Source of the DNA: Histomonas meleagridis 2922-C6/04-290x
Lineage: Eukaryota; Protista; Parabasalia
Length of the DNA stretch: 64,000 nt
Assembly (NCBI GenBank): GCA_020184695.1
Contig: JAANOX010000258.1
Location: 372,001 to 436,000 of the forward strand
Direction: 5' to 3'
A program made the translations under genes and the position numbers. Shown piece after piece: positions 19,801 to 30,420 of the stretch (position 1 is the stretch's first letter; every line of letters begins with the position of its first letter). The notes beneath the pieces were generated by a model. That model did no database searches. It saw only the letters and a list, made by a program, of their open reading frames with translations, and was not told where the DNA came from.

Positions 19801-22565
19801 AATAAATATGGAGTTGTACAACATAATATTGATCGGACAAATGATATTACTCCTAATAATTTACCTTGTGAAAATGAATGTAATAATAAATGTTTTATAT
19901 CTAAAAATCGACCTGGAATATATTGATTTCGACCTAATGTTAATTTACCAATTAAACTTCCTAATATTATTAATCTTCTTCGTATAAAATTTCCTTCAAA
20001 TACTACAAACTTTGGATTAGAAATTAGTTGTATCGATTCAAAGATTGATGCTTCAATGATAACTTTAATTAAAGGTTTAGTTAAATGTGGTATAATAATT
20101 TTTAGAAGTTTAGGATGATCTTGAATCGTTGTTACTATATGTAATGCTATCCAATCTATATAAGGTTCTAAAGTTTCAAAATTGGATTCTAAAATAGTTG
20201 GATCTTTAATAATAGTTTGTGCATATTTACATATTCGTGGTGGTGGTGATTGTAATTCTTCAAATCGTTTTAAGGTTGGATGAATAGTTAATGATGATAT
20301 TTGTGTAACTTGTACTGTAGATGATAATTTCGAACATAAAATTTTTAATTTTTCATATAATTTAGTTTGCGTTGTTTTAAATAATGGCGTTTTCATTAAT
20401 GAAAATGCATATTGTGGTAATACTTTTAATTTTTGATAACAAATGATTAATGATTTTGTAGAAAATAATATTTCATTTGATGATGAATTTAATTGAAATG
20501 ATTTTATAAAGAATGAAAATATATATTTAAGTTGTTTCTCATTAAATAAATTCTCATTTATCATTGTACCAATTAATTCGCCAAGTTTCTCAACTATTTT
20601 TTGAGTATGTTTATCTAAAAACTTTAATTCTAATAATAAATAATGTTCCATTGATTGAAATAATACTAAATTATTAATTTGGTTTTGATGAAATAATAAA
20701 ACAAATTTCGATAAACTAATTTTATCTTCGAAATATTGTGAAAAATATTCCGATGCAACTTTTTTGATTTTCGGTGTTTTAACTGATGGTAAAGAAGAAT
20801 TAAATGAAAATTGTTTTATATTTATAATAGAACTATCACAAATAGAATATAATGTACTTATTAATAATTTAATTTCATTTGGATAAGTTGAAAATTGATT
20901 CCAAAAATATTCAAACATTGAATTTAATATATTTGATAATATCGAAGCAGAATATATCGAATCTAAAACAATTGATTTAACATATTTAAATATATTATTA
21001 ATTATATCTTGTGAATATTTCTTTAATAATTTATCTAAAAATTCATCAATTTTAATCATATTTTTAAATGATGCATTAAAACCAATTTGAATTATTAAAT
21101 CAATTTCTCCATTATCTAATAAATCATCTAAATGATTACCAACTAATTCAAGTATAACATTACGTTTCGTTGGGTTTTTAGAATAATAATTTTGGAATAA
21201 CCAATGACAAAACTTCGGACTTAAATCCCATAAATTTTGTATTACTTTTGGAGCTTGTGATGTATGTAATATATTAGTTAAAAAACTCATTGATGATTCT
21301 AAAAGTATTTTATATTTTTGTTGATTATAAATTTGCCCAAAACTAATTAATATACTTATCGAATAATTATCTGACGCTCGATTAAATAAATATGTAACTT
21401 CTGTTAAATATGTTTCCGATAAATTTAATAAGCGCTCAACAAAGTTTAAACATAACCAACATGAATTTAATGTTTCTGATGGTTCATAATCGCCTAATTT
21501 AGCAAATGTTAAATCATTCCAATTTAAATATGTTAATTTGTTTTGTGATATATATATTAAATAATATATTTGTAATTTTTGGTTCTTCCAATCAGTTAAA
21601 AATGTCTTAACAGAAATACTTTTATCATTTTGTAATGAATTTAATATGTTTAATATAAAGCCACAATCATCTGGTTCATTAATGTCTATTTCTTCTTGAT
21701 CAAGTGACTCTATAACTTGATAAAAATCAATTTTAAGTTGATTAAATGTACTACGAAAAACATCAATGATTCGATTCCGTTGTGTATCTTCAAGTTTCTT
21801 CCCAAAATAATCTTTAAAACAACATTGACTGGATGATATCGCTGTAATAAATGAGGCCGCATGACGCGCATTGAAATTTGGGAAAAAGTCAAAAAGACGT
21901 TTAAGCCGTTGTTGTGATGTTAGTGTCAAAGAATCGCTTTCGAGCACGATGTCATAAAGCGATGGCGTTTTTAAAGATGGCAATGTAGTGGATATAATAC
22001 TAGATTTTTGATTATGAATGTATGAAGAAATGGCTTTAAGTTTATCATCAGGATTATTATTATCTAATTGAAGTGTGGAAATTTCATCAAGAATACTGGG
22101 CTTAATTAACGACAAAACCTCGGGAGTAACATTTGGTAAAAGCTTTTGTGATAGAAATCGTTTGGCAATGAGTGATGTTTTGGAAAAGAAGGCAAAGGTA
22201 GTAAGAATAATACCTGTGGATAAAGAAACACTGGTAAGTATACCTATGGGAAGGTTTTTTAATGAATTAAAAAATTCTATCATCTTTGAGCGAAACAAAA
22301 ATGATTCTTGGAATTCGGTAACAATTGACATAAGATAAAAATCCATGGATTTTCGTTTGCCTTCTGGTAATTCTTTGTCCTGTAGGGTGGAAAATATTAT
22401 TGACATAATTTGTGGTAATGATTGAAATTTAGATAATTGTAGAAGATCAATCATATAGTCGGCAATTTTTTGTTGATCGTTACTATTACTGTTAATGAGT
22501 TTATCCAGAATGGAAACCTCAATATAACTTGCAGATGGGGTTGGGCTCATTTTCGAAATTTTCAT
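16887..22565 (-). CDS. CNOT1: CCR4-NOT scaffold subunit NOT1
   Basis: About 1890 aa. LGSLIGKLTLGRNQYI, IRPLIMPTFTFSWIQLI, DQLRFPSLITLFF and PHPWGL are NOT1 hallmarks. First in-frame ATG at 22565 (track starts at GTG 22580). Confidence 0.88.
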   Translation of the reverse strand: MKISKMSPTPSASYIEVSILDKLINSNSNDQQKIADYMIDLLQLSKFQSLPQIMSIIFSTLQDKELPEGKRKSMDFYLMSIVTEFQESFLFRSKMIEFFNSLKNLPIGILTSVSLSTGIILTTFAFFSKTSLIAKRFLSQKLLPNVTPEVLSLIKPSILDEISTLQLDNNNPDDKLKAISSYIHNQKSSIISTTLPSLKTPSLYDIVLESDSLTLTSQQRLKRLFDFFPNFNARHAASFITAISSSQCCFKDYFGKKLEDTQRNRIIDVFRSTFNQLKIDFYQVIESLDQEEIDINEPDDCGFILNILNSLQNDKSISVKTFLTDWKNQKLQIYYLIYISQNKLTYLNWNDLTFAKLGDYEPSETLNSCWLCLNFVERLLNLSETYLTEVTYLFNRASDNYSISILISFGQIYNQQKYKILLESSMSFLTNILHTSQAPKVIQNLWDLSPKFCHWLFQNYYSKNPTKRNVILELVGNHLDDLLDNGEIDLIIQIGFNASFKNMIKIDEFLDKLLKKYSQDIINNIFKYVKSIVLDSIYSASILSNILNSMFEYFWNQFSTYPNEIKLLISTLYSICDSSIINIKQFSFNSSLPSVKTPKIKKVASEYFSQYFEDKISLSKFVLLFHQNQINNLVLFQSMEHYLLLELKFLDKHTQKIVEKLGELIGTMINENLFNEKQLKYIFSFFIKSFQLNSSSNEILFSTKSLIICYQKLKVLPQYAFSLMKTPLFKTTQTKLYEKLKILCSKLSSTVQVTQISSLTIHPTLKRFEELQSPPPRICKYAQTIIKDPTILESNFETLEPYIDWIALHIVTTIQDHPKLLKIIIPHLTKPLIKVIIEASIFESIQLISNPKFVVFEGNFIRRRLIILGSLIGKLTLGRNQYIPGRFLDIKHLLLHSFSQGKLLGVISFVRSILCCTTPYLFPPNPYISSILQILASIHSVSLLKIYIKNQITTIFTYFKINPNQLITVELIPYVKDNNNDFIVKPCPLNYSVSSTDFNRFIQLDETTILTYSTQNIIISKPLKESQNELKDKLRNLLAKAIYLFCKNDISNNAKVAASTTFELITNDFVYSNNIKLMQESASILSKQLASGLLLSTVSQRLNRHLLSNIIKEFTQSDIEWINQTLMLNNNWIIQFLQDIISLIAQKIVQQKIDDYEEKKTLNSHYHELLKQHSQILLPQILSPTEQGYSIEHQNIFQELNEILLSPTQITHSEIYSDKSIKTNEDFERYLRNLSKIIANEIQQENLKESYQEYSGTNMLLQTCPNIGNTFEDFLSILKSTIKYMSKVTHVLNNEIYSELLKYILRMFPSTFPTRAQSHVINWLHNNIPSVELLIELIKNSLITTLQLDKLFFESLNKNPFNYRLFGFAIKFLNTAICKDKSILPSEMISTLTFVVTTPPNLLEPNTTQRQTLMNELIIVHSEMDIPLTVLSPESKLQTMSTFDPIDDIKEEIINNIKNWKLLINNNSNDEIIQQNFNKLLSYGIDTFISIFFSEDLITVNVFLQYLKHYNLFHNYWDNIEQTIIKLIEGNSLVIKFDMRKYYSILINISNHCINDNELLIKYGNLLHKIRPLIMPTFTFSWIQLITEKHFIYLLINEKINWNLMKLLICDYISSLVFTSDSNFLNVFDFIYKSFLRFLLILIHDFPTFIIYITPEIITFIPFNFTQLHNLLLSTNPLNKNIPKPSISLIPNLLNIEGIKDFNPLIQPLKQLTKELKFSNVNSSTFKEIASKLNKQSSNGSISAFIIFITNALLNGVKAEKIINEPIETYSSIHLYFMITSLIDELSYDSLIVLINVLIDQLRFPSLITLFFMKTLMNLFNYKTKDKICLDEMILLTVMERIATSLPHPWGLEMLLCGILVDKEINIWERQFIKENEHVKKILKAAEEMLSK

Positions 22566-24175
22566 TTTTAATGTTGTCACTTTTATTTTTCATATCAAAT
22601 GTCATCCATTTGCCAAACCAAAAAAATGACATTTTCATAAGGACGAACCAAAGTTTTGAATAGCTATTAATCGTTAAAAAACGTTAAATTTAGTTACATG
22701 ACATTTTTTATAGTGGTATTAGTAATAGATCAATACAACTATAAATGATCTAATAGACTTTCTTCCCATTAAGCCAATAAATAGCACTCATTTCGATTTG
22801 ATTAGTTATTATAAGTACAAACATAGCATGATAATAAGGTCTGATGTCAGTTTTTTCGCTTTTAATTGAAAATTCTTTTATTGTTACATAGAAACCATGA
22901 TTTTGATAACGATTTTAACAGTTAACTTCACAAACCATTTTTTGATTTCACTTTTGTGTTTCATGTTTATTTATTATAAACCAGATCTGATTAAAATTGT
23001 TTATTTTATCCTTAAATCTTATTTATTAATTTTTCTTCTTAATATCTTCAGCAAATCGATTTGCTTCCTGAAAATGCCTATGTATATTATAATATTTTAT
23101 TAGATATCATAAGCAATTCTTATTTAATGGTTCTGTTGTTTCAAAAAAATTAAACTTGCTTATTTTATACAAATGAGCAATCTCTTTTCTTGTACCAGAA
23201 CCCAGAAGCCGCTATCGCCTGATACTGTAAATTGTTTAATATAATCAGAATTGTGAATTTACCATTGTTGCAATTGGAGTACATCAGATTATCACTTGAA
23301 TATTTAATAATTGTATTATTGCCAATAATTTGTTTGCCATGGAAACAATAATTCACCCAAATTTAACAATTAATTCATGTTCCTTGCTATTCTGGGAAAT
23401 TGTGCGTATTATCACATAATGTTACTTCCATCTTAACACCTGAGCCATTATCCACAATTATGCCTTTTGATGAACCATTTTTGAGCGTTTTGAGTTAATG
23501 AGGATATAGAAGTATACTTCCTAGAATCAGCATTTAACATGTGACTTTGGTTCTTATAGATTTGATGAAGGATTGGATTGAGCTGGAAATTAAAGGCTAA
23601 TGCACATGTTCAACATAACTTTTTTCCTTGTGATTCACCTACATTATATGATGGAACTGGAACAACGAATATCACTAAGAATACATTTATTAGCAAAATG
23701 ATTGAGTTGTGAAGAAAGTAACCAGGATTATAAAATTTTCTGTCAAAGAGTTTAATTTGCAATCGTTGAGGCTTTGTTCAACATAATATTTAATTGTGAA
23801 CAACTTGAAAGATTGGATCTTTAATAAAGAAATGTACTTAATTATTTACATTAACCATGTAGCCCTTTTAAAATGAATTAATTAATATCAGAATTTTTTC
23901 CAAACAAAACAGACAAAATCAAAAAAATAAAATAATAATATGATGTGCTAAATGCCAAACCATTGAATAGCATGAAGATGTAAAAAACATTTTTTCATCA
24001 CTTAATCAGCAAATTTATTCAAACAATTAAGTAATATATTTTAATTTAATTAATGTACTGAACATTTAATGAAACTTTCAAACATTATTTTTTATATTTA
24101 AAGAACTTTTCCTAAAACTATTATAAAAACATATAACAATTTAGAAAATTATAAAAATATAAAAATAAATTATGT

Positions 24176-24823
24176 TTAGATCACTAATGAAACCAGGAAA
24201 TAAATCAACGCTGAAACAGAAATAACTGTCGCAGGCCTTCCATACGTGTTCCAATAGTAATATCTGTTTAAATTTGTCGCGTCAGATGCAAACATGCTCG
24301 CGCCTTGCCCAAGTTTCTCTGAAAGATCTCCGATGTCACTAAGCATTTCTTCACGAATAAGTGCTGTCTTAACATTGTTCGCCATAGCCGTTTGAACATC
24401 ATTGAGTTCACTTTGAAGTTTACCCATTGATGCGTCAGCTGAGATTTTAAGATGTTGTGCTCGTAAAGCATCAAGTGTTGTATGAAATTCCATAAAAACA
24501 TATACTCACGTTCTGCTGCTGAAACAGATTCACCATATTCATTATTAAAGCTTGCGTTAACGTCATCAAACGATTTGAAAAGCTGTAGAAGGTGGGAAAT
24601 TAGGATCTGTAACACAGGATGAGAAAAATTCTCCATAAACAGAAATATAAATCGTTCCATTGGTCATTTTAAAACTGTTTTTCGGTGGTGAGTTTTGGTT
24701 AATTTGTGAATAAAATCGTTTAGCTTCAGTTTTAAGCGATGAAGCATTTGAGTCATCGTCCATTGTTGATGTTAAGATGAGGGAATCACTTAGTCTAACA
24801 ACATGAATGAAGTAAATTGGCAT
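24176..24823 (-). pseudogene. SEC22: Sec22-like longin R-SNARE with two +1 frameshifts
   Basis: Three overlapping ORFs join into MPIYFIHVVRLSDSLIL...AKRFYSQI...DDVNASFNNEYGESVSAAEREYMFMEFHTTLD...LQSELNDVQTAMANNV...WNTYGRP+TM. Each junction is one extra base in a T run (plus-strand A runs near 24568-24581 and 24494-24498). Confidence 0.8.
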
Positions 24824-25459
24824 TTGAAAATCGAACAAAGATAGTCATTTTATTTTGCGTTTATTTGACCAAAACTGACAGGAGGACGTTAAATACTTTC
24901 ATTTTATTAAAAAAAAAACTAAATTTATATAAAAGAAACTTGAGCAAGAAAATTAAGAACTTCAAAGTTCCGGTCTCAAAAGAGTTTGGACTCAGAAAAC
25001 AATTAAAAAAAAATATCAAATTTTTCAATATCAACAAAGAAAAAAAAAAAAATAGGAAATTGAGAATATGAAGCCAAACGTAGGTGTGAGTGTGAATTTT
25101 AAATTCAAAATTTTGAGTGTAAATCAAAAATAAAAGATTATCTTAATTTTTTCAAAATATTGCATTTAACCATTAATTTCAAGAAACCTTTGCATTAATA
25201 ATGGATTTCTATGAAATGGTTCTTCGCTTTGGTAATTGTTGCAAGTGTATGTAAAAATATTTTTTATTGAAAATTGAAGGTTAAAATCTACTTCTATTAA
25301 AAAGTTGAATTTTTTTCTTTGAGTTTTCAGAAAGCGTGAAAAGTGGTGAAATATTGAATTGTACGCAAAATTGAATCCGGTAGATAGGCTTTGATAAACG
25401 ACGATAGCCATTTCAGTATCTTCGATAGGAATTGATAGCGCTTTTTTGGTCGCCTGCAA

Positions 25460-25471
25460 TCATTTCACTTT
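25460..25471 (+). promoter_or_regulatory. Trichomonad initiator (Inr) element
   Basis: TCATTTCACTTT ends 13 nt upstream of the ADH ATG at 25484. Confidence 0.65.
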
Positions 25472-25483
25472 GGAACATTCCCT

Positions 25484-26564
25484 ATGGGACGTTTTACACT
25501 TCCACGTGATCTTTATCATGGCAAAGGTGCACTTGCTAACTTAAAGAACCTTAAAGGTAAGCGTGCAATTGTTGTTACAGGCGGCCACTCGATGCAAAAG
25601 TTTGGTTTTCTTCAAAAGACCATTAATTATCTTAAAGAAGCAGGTATGGAAGTCGAAACCTTTGAAGGGGTTGAAGCAGATCCATCAGTTGAAACAGTTA
25701 TGCGTGGAGCAGAAGCGATGCGCAAGTTCAATCCAGATTGGATCGTTTATTCAACCTTTCAACTTCCCCTAACTTCGTACGAAAGCAAAGTCCTGTGCTA
25801 TTCCATCCACATCTGGCACAGCCACTGGAGTTACAGCTTTTGCTGTTATCACAGATTATCATCAAGGCATTAAGTATCCACTTGCATTGTTAGATCCTGA
25901 ACTTGCCGAGACGATGCCCAAGAAACTCACAGCACACACAGGTATGGATGCACTTACACATGCCATTGAAGCATATGTCTCAACACTTCATTGCAATTAC
26001 ACAGATGGTCTTGCACTTCATGCCATCAAACTTATTCATGAAAATCTTATTAAGTCATTTAATGGTGACATGAATTGCCGTGCGACGATGCATGATGCGC
26101 AATGCCTTGCCGGTATGGCATTCTCTAATGCACTTCTTGGTATTGTTCATTCTATGGCACATAAAACAGGTGCAGCATACAGCGGCGGTCACATTATCCA
26201 CGGGTGCGCTAACGCTATGTATCTTCCTAAAGTTATCAAATACAACTCTAAGAACGCAGAAGCCGCAGAACGTTATGCCGAAATTGCGCGCTTCATTCAT
26301 CTTCCAGGCTCAACCACAGAAGAACTTGTCGACTCACTTATCAAAGAAATTCGCCAAATGAATGTCGAACTCGAAATTCCTACGTGCATCAAAGAATACG
26401 AAGGCGGAATCATTGACGAGAAGGAATTTCTTGATAAACTTTCAGCAGTTGCAACTAACGCAATCGGTGATGCATGCACAGGCTCTAACCCACGCCAACC
26501 AACACAAGAAGAAATGGAGAAATTACTTCTCGCAGTTTTCTATGATCGCGAAATAGATTTCTAA
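25484..26564 (+). pseudogene. Bacterial-type iron-containing alcohol/butanol dehydrogenase, pseudogenised
   Basis: MGRFTLPRDLYHGKG...GVEADPSVETV...PDWIV and AIPSTSGTAT, GMDALTHAIE, GIVHSMAH, HGCANA match the clostridial BdhA/Adh type. The segment normally carrying GGGSPIDAAK is missing, with a frameshift near 25750, in-frame TAA at 25770-25772 and a second short deletion near 25885. Confidence 0.9.
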
Positions 26565-26622
26565 AGAAACAAAAATTTTTCATTTTCTTTATTTATTTAT
26601 TTATTTATTTATTCATTTATTT

Positions 26623-28249
26623 TTATATTTTAACAAATTCATTACTTTCATTAAAATCTGCTGCAAATGGATCTTCGTCAACATTCGCTACGTTTAAACC
26701 AGCCGAAAATTTGTTCGTTGTTTCACCAAATTCTTTGACTTCTTCGGCTTCTTCGATGTTTACACTGTTTGTTCGCTTACGTATTTTGATTCGAATTAAC
26801 AAAATAACCAACAAAATAACAATAACAACAGCCAAAGCAACACAAACACCAATGATAATTCCATTTTTGTTGTTTTGCTTTTCATAATTTTGATATATCA
26901 GTGTATAAAATCCATAATAATAAGTTTCATAAAAAGAGAATTGAACCACAATGTATGAATAGTAAATAAATGATGTGTCAATATAAGTATATTCATCTTC
27001 AGATATGGAAAGTAAAGGACTGAATGTAACAAATCTGCTTAAAGAAATTGTTTCTGTTTCAATTAAACGTTGTGTCAATGTAAAAGAATGCGACAAAGTT
27101 ACATCAGAAGGTAATGAACTGTATACATTACTTGTGTGATAATGTGTATCAGAGAAATAATGTGAAATTGTTTGATCATTTGTATTTGAGTAATAATACG
27201 TATCTGGTTGCACACTTGTCTGTGTATAATTAGGAAGACATTCATCAATGGTTTCACCTTTGACAACATCCAATTCTGCAAATCTTGAACTGTCATATGT
27301 TTCATTTGTCATAACAATTTTCACTGGAGAATTATAAAAGATATTTGATGTAAATGATGGCTGCGAATTACCATAATAATATACACATCTGAGATTGGGA
27401 CAGTTGTTAAATGCAAAACATATAATCTGCTCAACATCACTTTCGATGATTACCGTTTCCAAACTTGTGCATTTAAGAAATGCTTCTCTTCCAATATAAG
27501 ATACATAAATTGGTATTTTGATTTCTTTCAATGAAATACATTCTTCAAATACATTGTAATTAATTGTTTCTAATTTTTCTGGGAGTATTATATTTTCTAA
27601 TGATTTACATTGAAAAAATGCATAATAGTCAATATAAGTAATTGAATTTGGCAATATGATATTAGTTAATGAAATACAATTCTGAAATGTCATATAATAA
27701 ATCCGAGTAACCAAACTTGAAATTGTTACATTAATTAATGACAAACATGAGTTAAATGCACCACCTGATATTGATGTTGTTGAATTTGGTATTGTGATAT
27801 GTTTTATTGAACTGGTTGAAAATCCTTTGATTGCTGTTATATTATCATTAATAATAACTGTATCCAAATTTTGGCTTGAAGAAAATGCATAACTTTCAAT
27901 TGTTTGAACTGAATTTGGTATTATATATATTTTATTTGGATTTGCTGCTGGATAATATATAATTTTTGTGATTTCTTTATCATAAAGAATTCCATCGTTT
28001 TCAAAATTAGCATAATTTGGATTATCATTAGATACATTGATGAATTGAAGACTTTTACATTGTGAAAATACAGATGTGGTGCTAATAGAAGTAAGTGAAG
28101 AAGAAATTACAAAATATTTTAATGCAGTGCCATAAAATGTATATGGGTTAATCGTGTTTAAATTTGCTTCAATTGTAATAATTTCAAGAGAAGAACATTC
28201 ATAAAATGCATATGAGCCAATTGATGTAACTGTATTCGGAATTATTATA
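26623..28249 (-). pseudogene. BspA-like TpLRR surface protein with TM and DPF tail, 5' end removed by mariner insertion
   Basis: The reading frame stays open upstream of the track's TTG (27867) to 28249 (IIIPNTVTSIGSYAFYECSSL...) with no ATG. TpLRR repeats, TM (GIIIGVCVALAVVIVILLVILLI), tail EDPFAADF. Confidence 0.85.
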
Positions 28250-28278
28250 TGGGGTGGCCGATAAGTAACCGGAATTTT
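28250..28278. repeat. Mariner terminal inverted repeat (single surviving end)
   Basis: TA|TGGGGTGGCCGATAAGTAACCGGAATTTT lies exactly where BspA homology stops. No partner copy was found by eye. Confidence 0.65.
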
Positions 28279-28850
28279 GATGTGTGTTGAATTTCGAAAA
28301 AAGTATATAAATAAAAAATTATTGTTTATTGAATGTAGTTACCATTATTAGCGACACAGGCTTCAAGTCGACGTATCCATTCAAAAAACAAAGATTTATA
28401 AAAATCTTCACTTTTTGAGGCGAAAAATTTTTTAATGGCTTCTGTTAGATCATCTTCTGTTTCAAATTCATTTCCAGCAAAAGAATTCTTCATAGTTCCG
28501 AACAGGCCAAAATCGCATATAGCTAGATCGGGTGAATATGGGGGATGAGACAGAATAATGAGGCCCGAATGTCTGAGATGCTCCTTAACGGTCTTCGCCG
28601 AATGACAGGGTGCATTATCGTAGTGCACCAGGAGCTTGTGTTTCATATTTCTTGATTTCTTCATAAGTTCAGAACCTTCGATATTCATTAAAATGTTATT
28701 TATAAAATAATTGGCGTCAATTTTAACGTGTGTTGGTTTGACGTCAATTAATTGTACCCCCTTTCCATTGACAAAAATTGTAAACATCGTCTTTTTTGAA
28801 AAATGGGTTTCTTCAACCCTTTCTTCTAGATCATCTACATTTCACTCGTG
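28250..28850 (-). mobile_element. 5'-truncated Tc1/mariner (DD34D) transposon; transposase remnant 28326-28787
   Basis: LVHYDNAPCH...HPPYSPDLAICDFGLF has 34 residues between the last two catalytic Asp. The HTH and first catalytic D are missing. One TIR-like end abuts a TA at 28248-28249. Confidence 0.9.
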
Positions 28851-28882
28851 GAATTTAAAATAGAAAAAACAATAAGCAAAAT

Positions 28883-30343
28883 TTATTCATTCAAGAATCT
28901 AAACAATGGGTTACTGAACAGTGAGTTAACGTTTTCAACGAAGCTCATTGCAGCTCTTTTAGTCTTCTCAGTGCTTCCTGCGACATGACTCGAAAGTGCT
29001 CCAATTGTTTCTGCGCTTGTGATGACCAATTTGGCATTCTTTGGCATCATTTGTCTTGTCATATTCAAGAATGGATGTGCGTCTTTCATTGCTTTCACTG
29101 CGTTTTTCTTCTTTATTCCAAATTCTTTTGCGGAATTTATCACTTCGCTTTCAGAATTCATTAATATTCCAGCGCAAAGTTTACCTAAATTAGATATGCA
29201 ATGTTTGTCTTCTAGTTCTGTGAGCGAAGAGAACTGAGCAAGTGATATTTTGTTGTTTTCTTTCCGAATATTACTAAATGATAGATCTGGAAGAATTGTA
29301 TTAAATCTTCGAGCTAAATTTGTCGTGAAGAGAATTAGATTTGAAGTAATTGAGGTACTAGTTTTCTGTAATTTGTTATGATACTGTACATCAGTTACCA
29401 TGACATGTTTTGATACATAATCAGGTAATGGTGCTGGTATATATAAATGAGGAGATGCTCTCCGTGCTTGAGTGAAAAGTCTTGAGCCTTTAAGACTCAT
29501 ATTAACACCGAGCTTAGAGAGAAGCTGAGAGCGCGCTTTGGCTTCCTTCTCGACGGTTACATCAAGACGATCAATAAGAGCGTCAAAAAGTGACATTTCA
29601 GGGCGGAAGAAGCTGAATGGGGAAAGTGCGGTTCTAATGACTTTAAATGGGAACAAGTCGAACCTACGCATTCGAGCTACCTTTTCAGGAATAATTGAAA
29701 TGGTAACTGGACCAATTCCAGGAAGATTTACATCATACATTGAAAAAGGTCCAGAAACTTCTGTTGGCTCCTTAGGAAAATCGGGAATTTCAAGATTAAG
29801 TTCCTTTGAAATAAGCTTCTTGGCATTATCTGAGGAAATAGTTCTGATATCAGATACGTTTGTTTTTTTGAATGGCTTTTGCTTGAGTAAAGTTGAATAG
29901 TTAAAATTAAGACGTGCAAAAGAACTTGCTATATTAAACATATCTTCGTAGACTCCTCCATTTCGCTTTAATGCAAGCATTATTCTTTTGAATGCTCGTG
30001 TTTTGGATGAATTAGATGAAAACATTTTGGTGTTAGGCATTATTGCTGAGACTAAACGTGATAAAGCATAATCCATTAAAGATGTTGTTGAACTGTTCAT
30101 TAATCTATGAAAATGAACAAAGGAGGCAGCTGCTTGTCTTATGGCAAATCTAGAGTTTGGCTCTGAAACTAAGTATAACAGGAATGAATTGTTTGCTGTA
30201 TGCCAAATTGCATCAAAAAATGAGGAATTTGTCTTATTAAAGACGTCTGTATTAAACATTATGAAATCTGCACCAACCTTAAAGAGAAAAGAGCGAGCAT
30301 TAAACCAATGATATCTTTGATAACAATACCTATTACATGACAT
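28883..30343 (-). CDS. Hypothetical protein, degenerate ABC1/UbiB atypical-kinase-like
   Basis: Motif order LKRNGGVY...KKLISKELN..IPDF.KEP..VSGPFSMYDVNLPGIGPVTISIIP...LDVTVEKEA...LYIPAPLPDYVSKHVMVTD...PDLSFSNI..ISLAQFS parallels ABC1 subdomains, but the catalytic K, D and DFG are lost. Confidence 0.55.
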   Translation of the reverse strand: MSCNRYCYQRYHWFNARSFLFKVGADFIMFNTDVFNKTNSSFFDAIWHTANNSFLLYLVSEPNSRFAIRQAAASFVHFHRLMNSSTTSLMDYALSRLVSAIMPNTKMFSSNSSKTRAFKRIMLALKRNGGVYEDMFNIASSFARLNFNYSTLLKQKPFKKTNVSDIRTISSDNAKKLISKELNLEIPDFPKEPTEVSGPFSMYDVNLPGIGPVTISIIPEKVARMRRFDLFPFKVIRTALSPFSFFRPEMSLFDALIDRLDVTVEKEAKARSQLLSKLGVNMSLKGSRLFTQARRASPHLYIPAPLPDYVSKHVMVTDVQYHNKLQKTSTSITSNLILFTTNLARRFNTILPDLSFSNIRKENNKISLAQFSSLTELEDKHCISNLGKLCAGILMNSESEVINSAKEFGIKKKNAVKAMKDAHPFLNMTRQMMPKNAKLVITSAETIGALSSHVAGSTEKTKRAAMSFVENVNSLFSNPLFRFLNE

Positions 30344-30420
30344 ATTTTTTGATTGAGTGCCGATTAAAATATGTTCAATTTTTTGAATTCAAAAAGTTAC
30401 AAATTGTTGGGGGCTGAGAA

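Noticed and set aside
23165-23700. GC-richer intergenic stretch with GIIVDNGSG (actin-like or aspartic-protease-like) on minus strand
   Set aside because: Only a short motif amid many stops. It cannot be assigned to a family by eye and is probably an old pseudogene relic.
24817-25459. ORFs 24817+, 24861- and 25166- between SEC22 and ADH
   Set aside because: Low-complexity K/F-rich translations of AT-rich intergenic DNA with non-ATG starts and no motifs.
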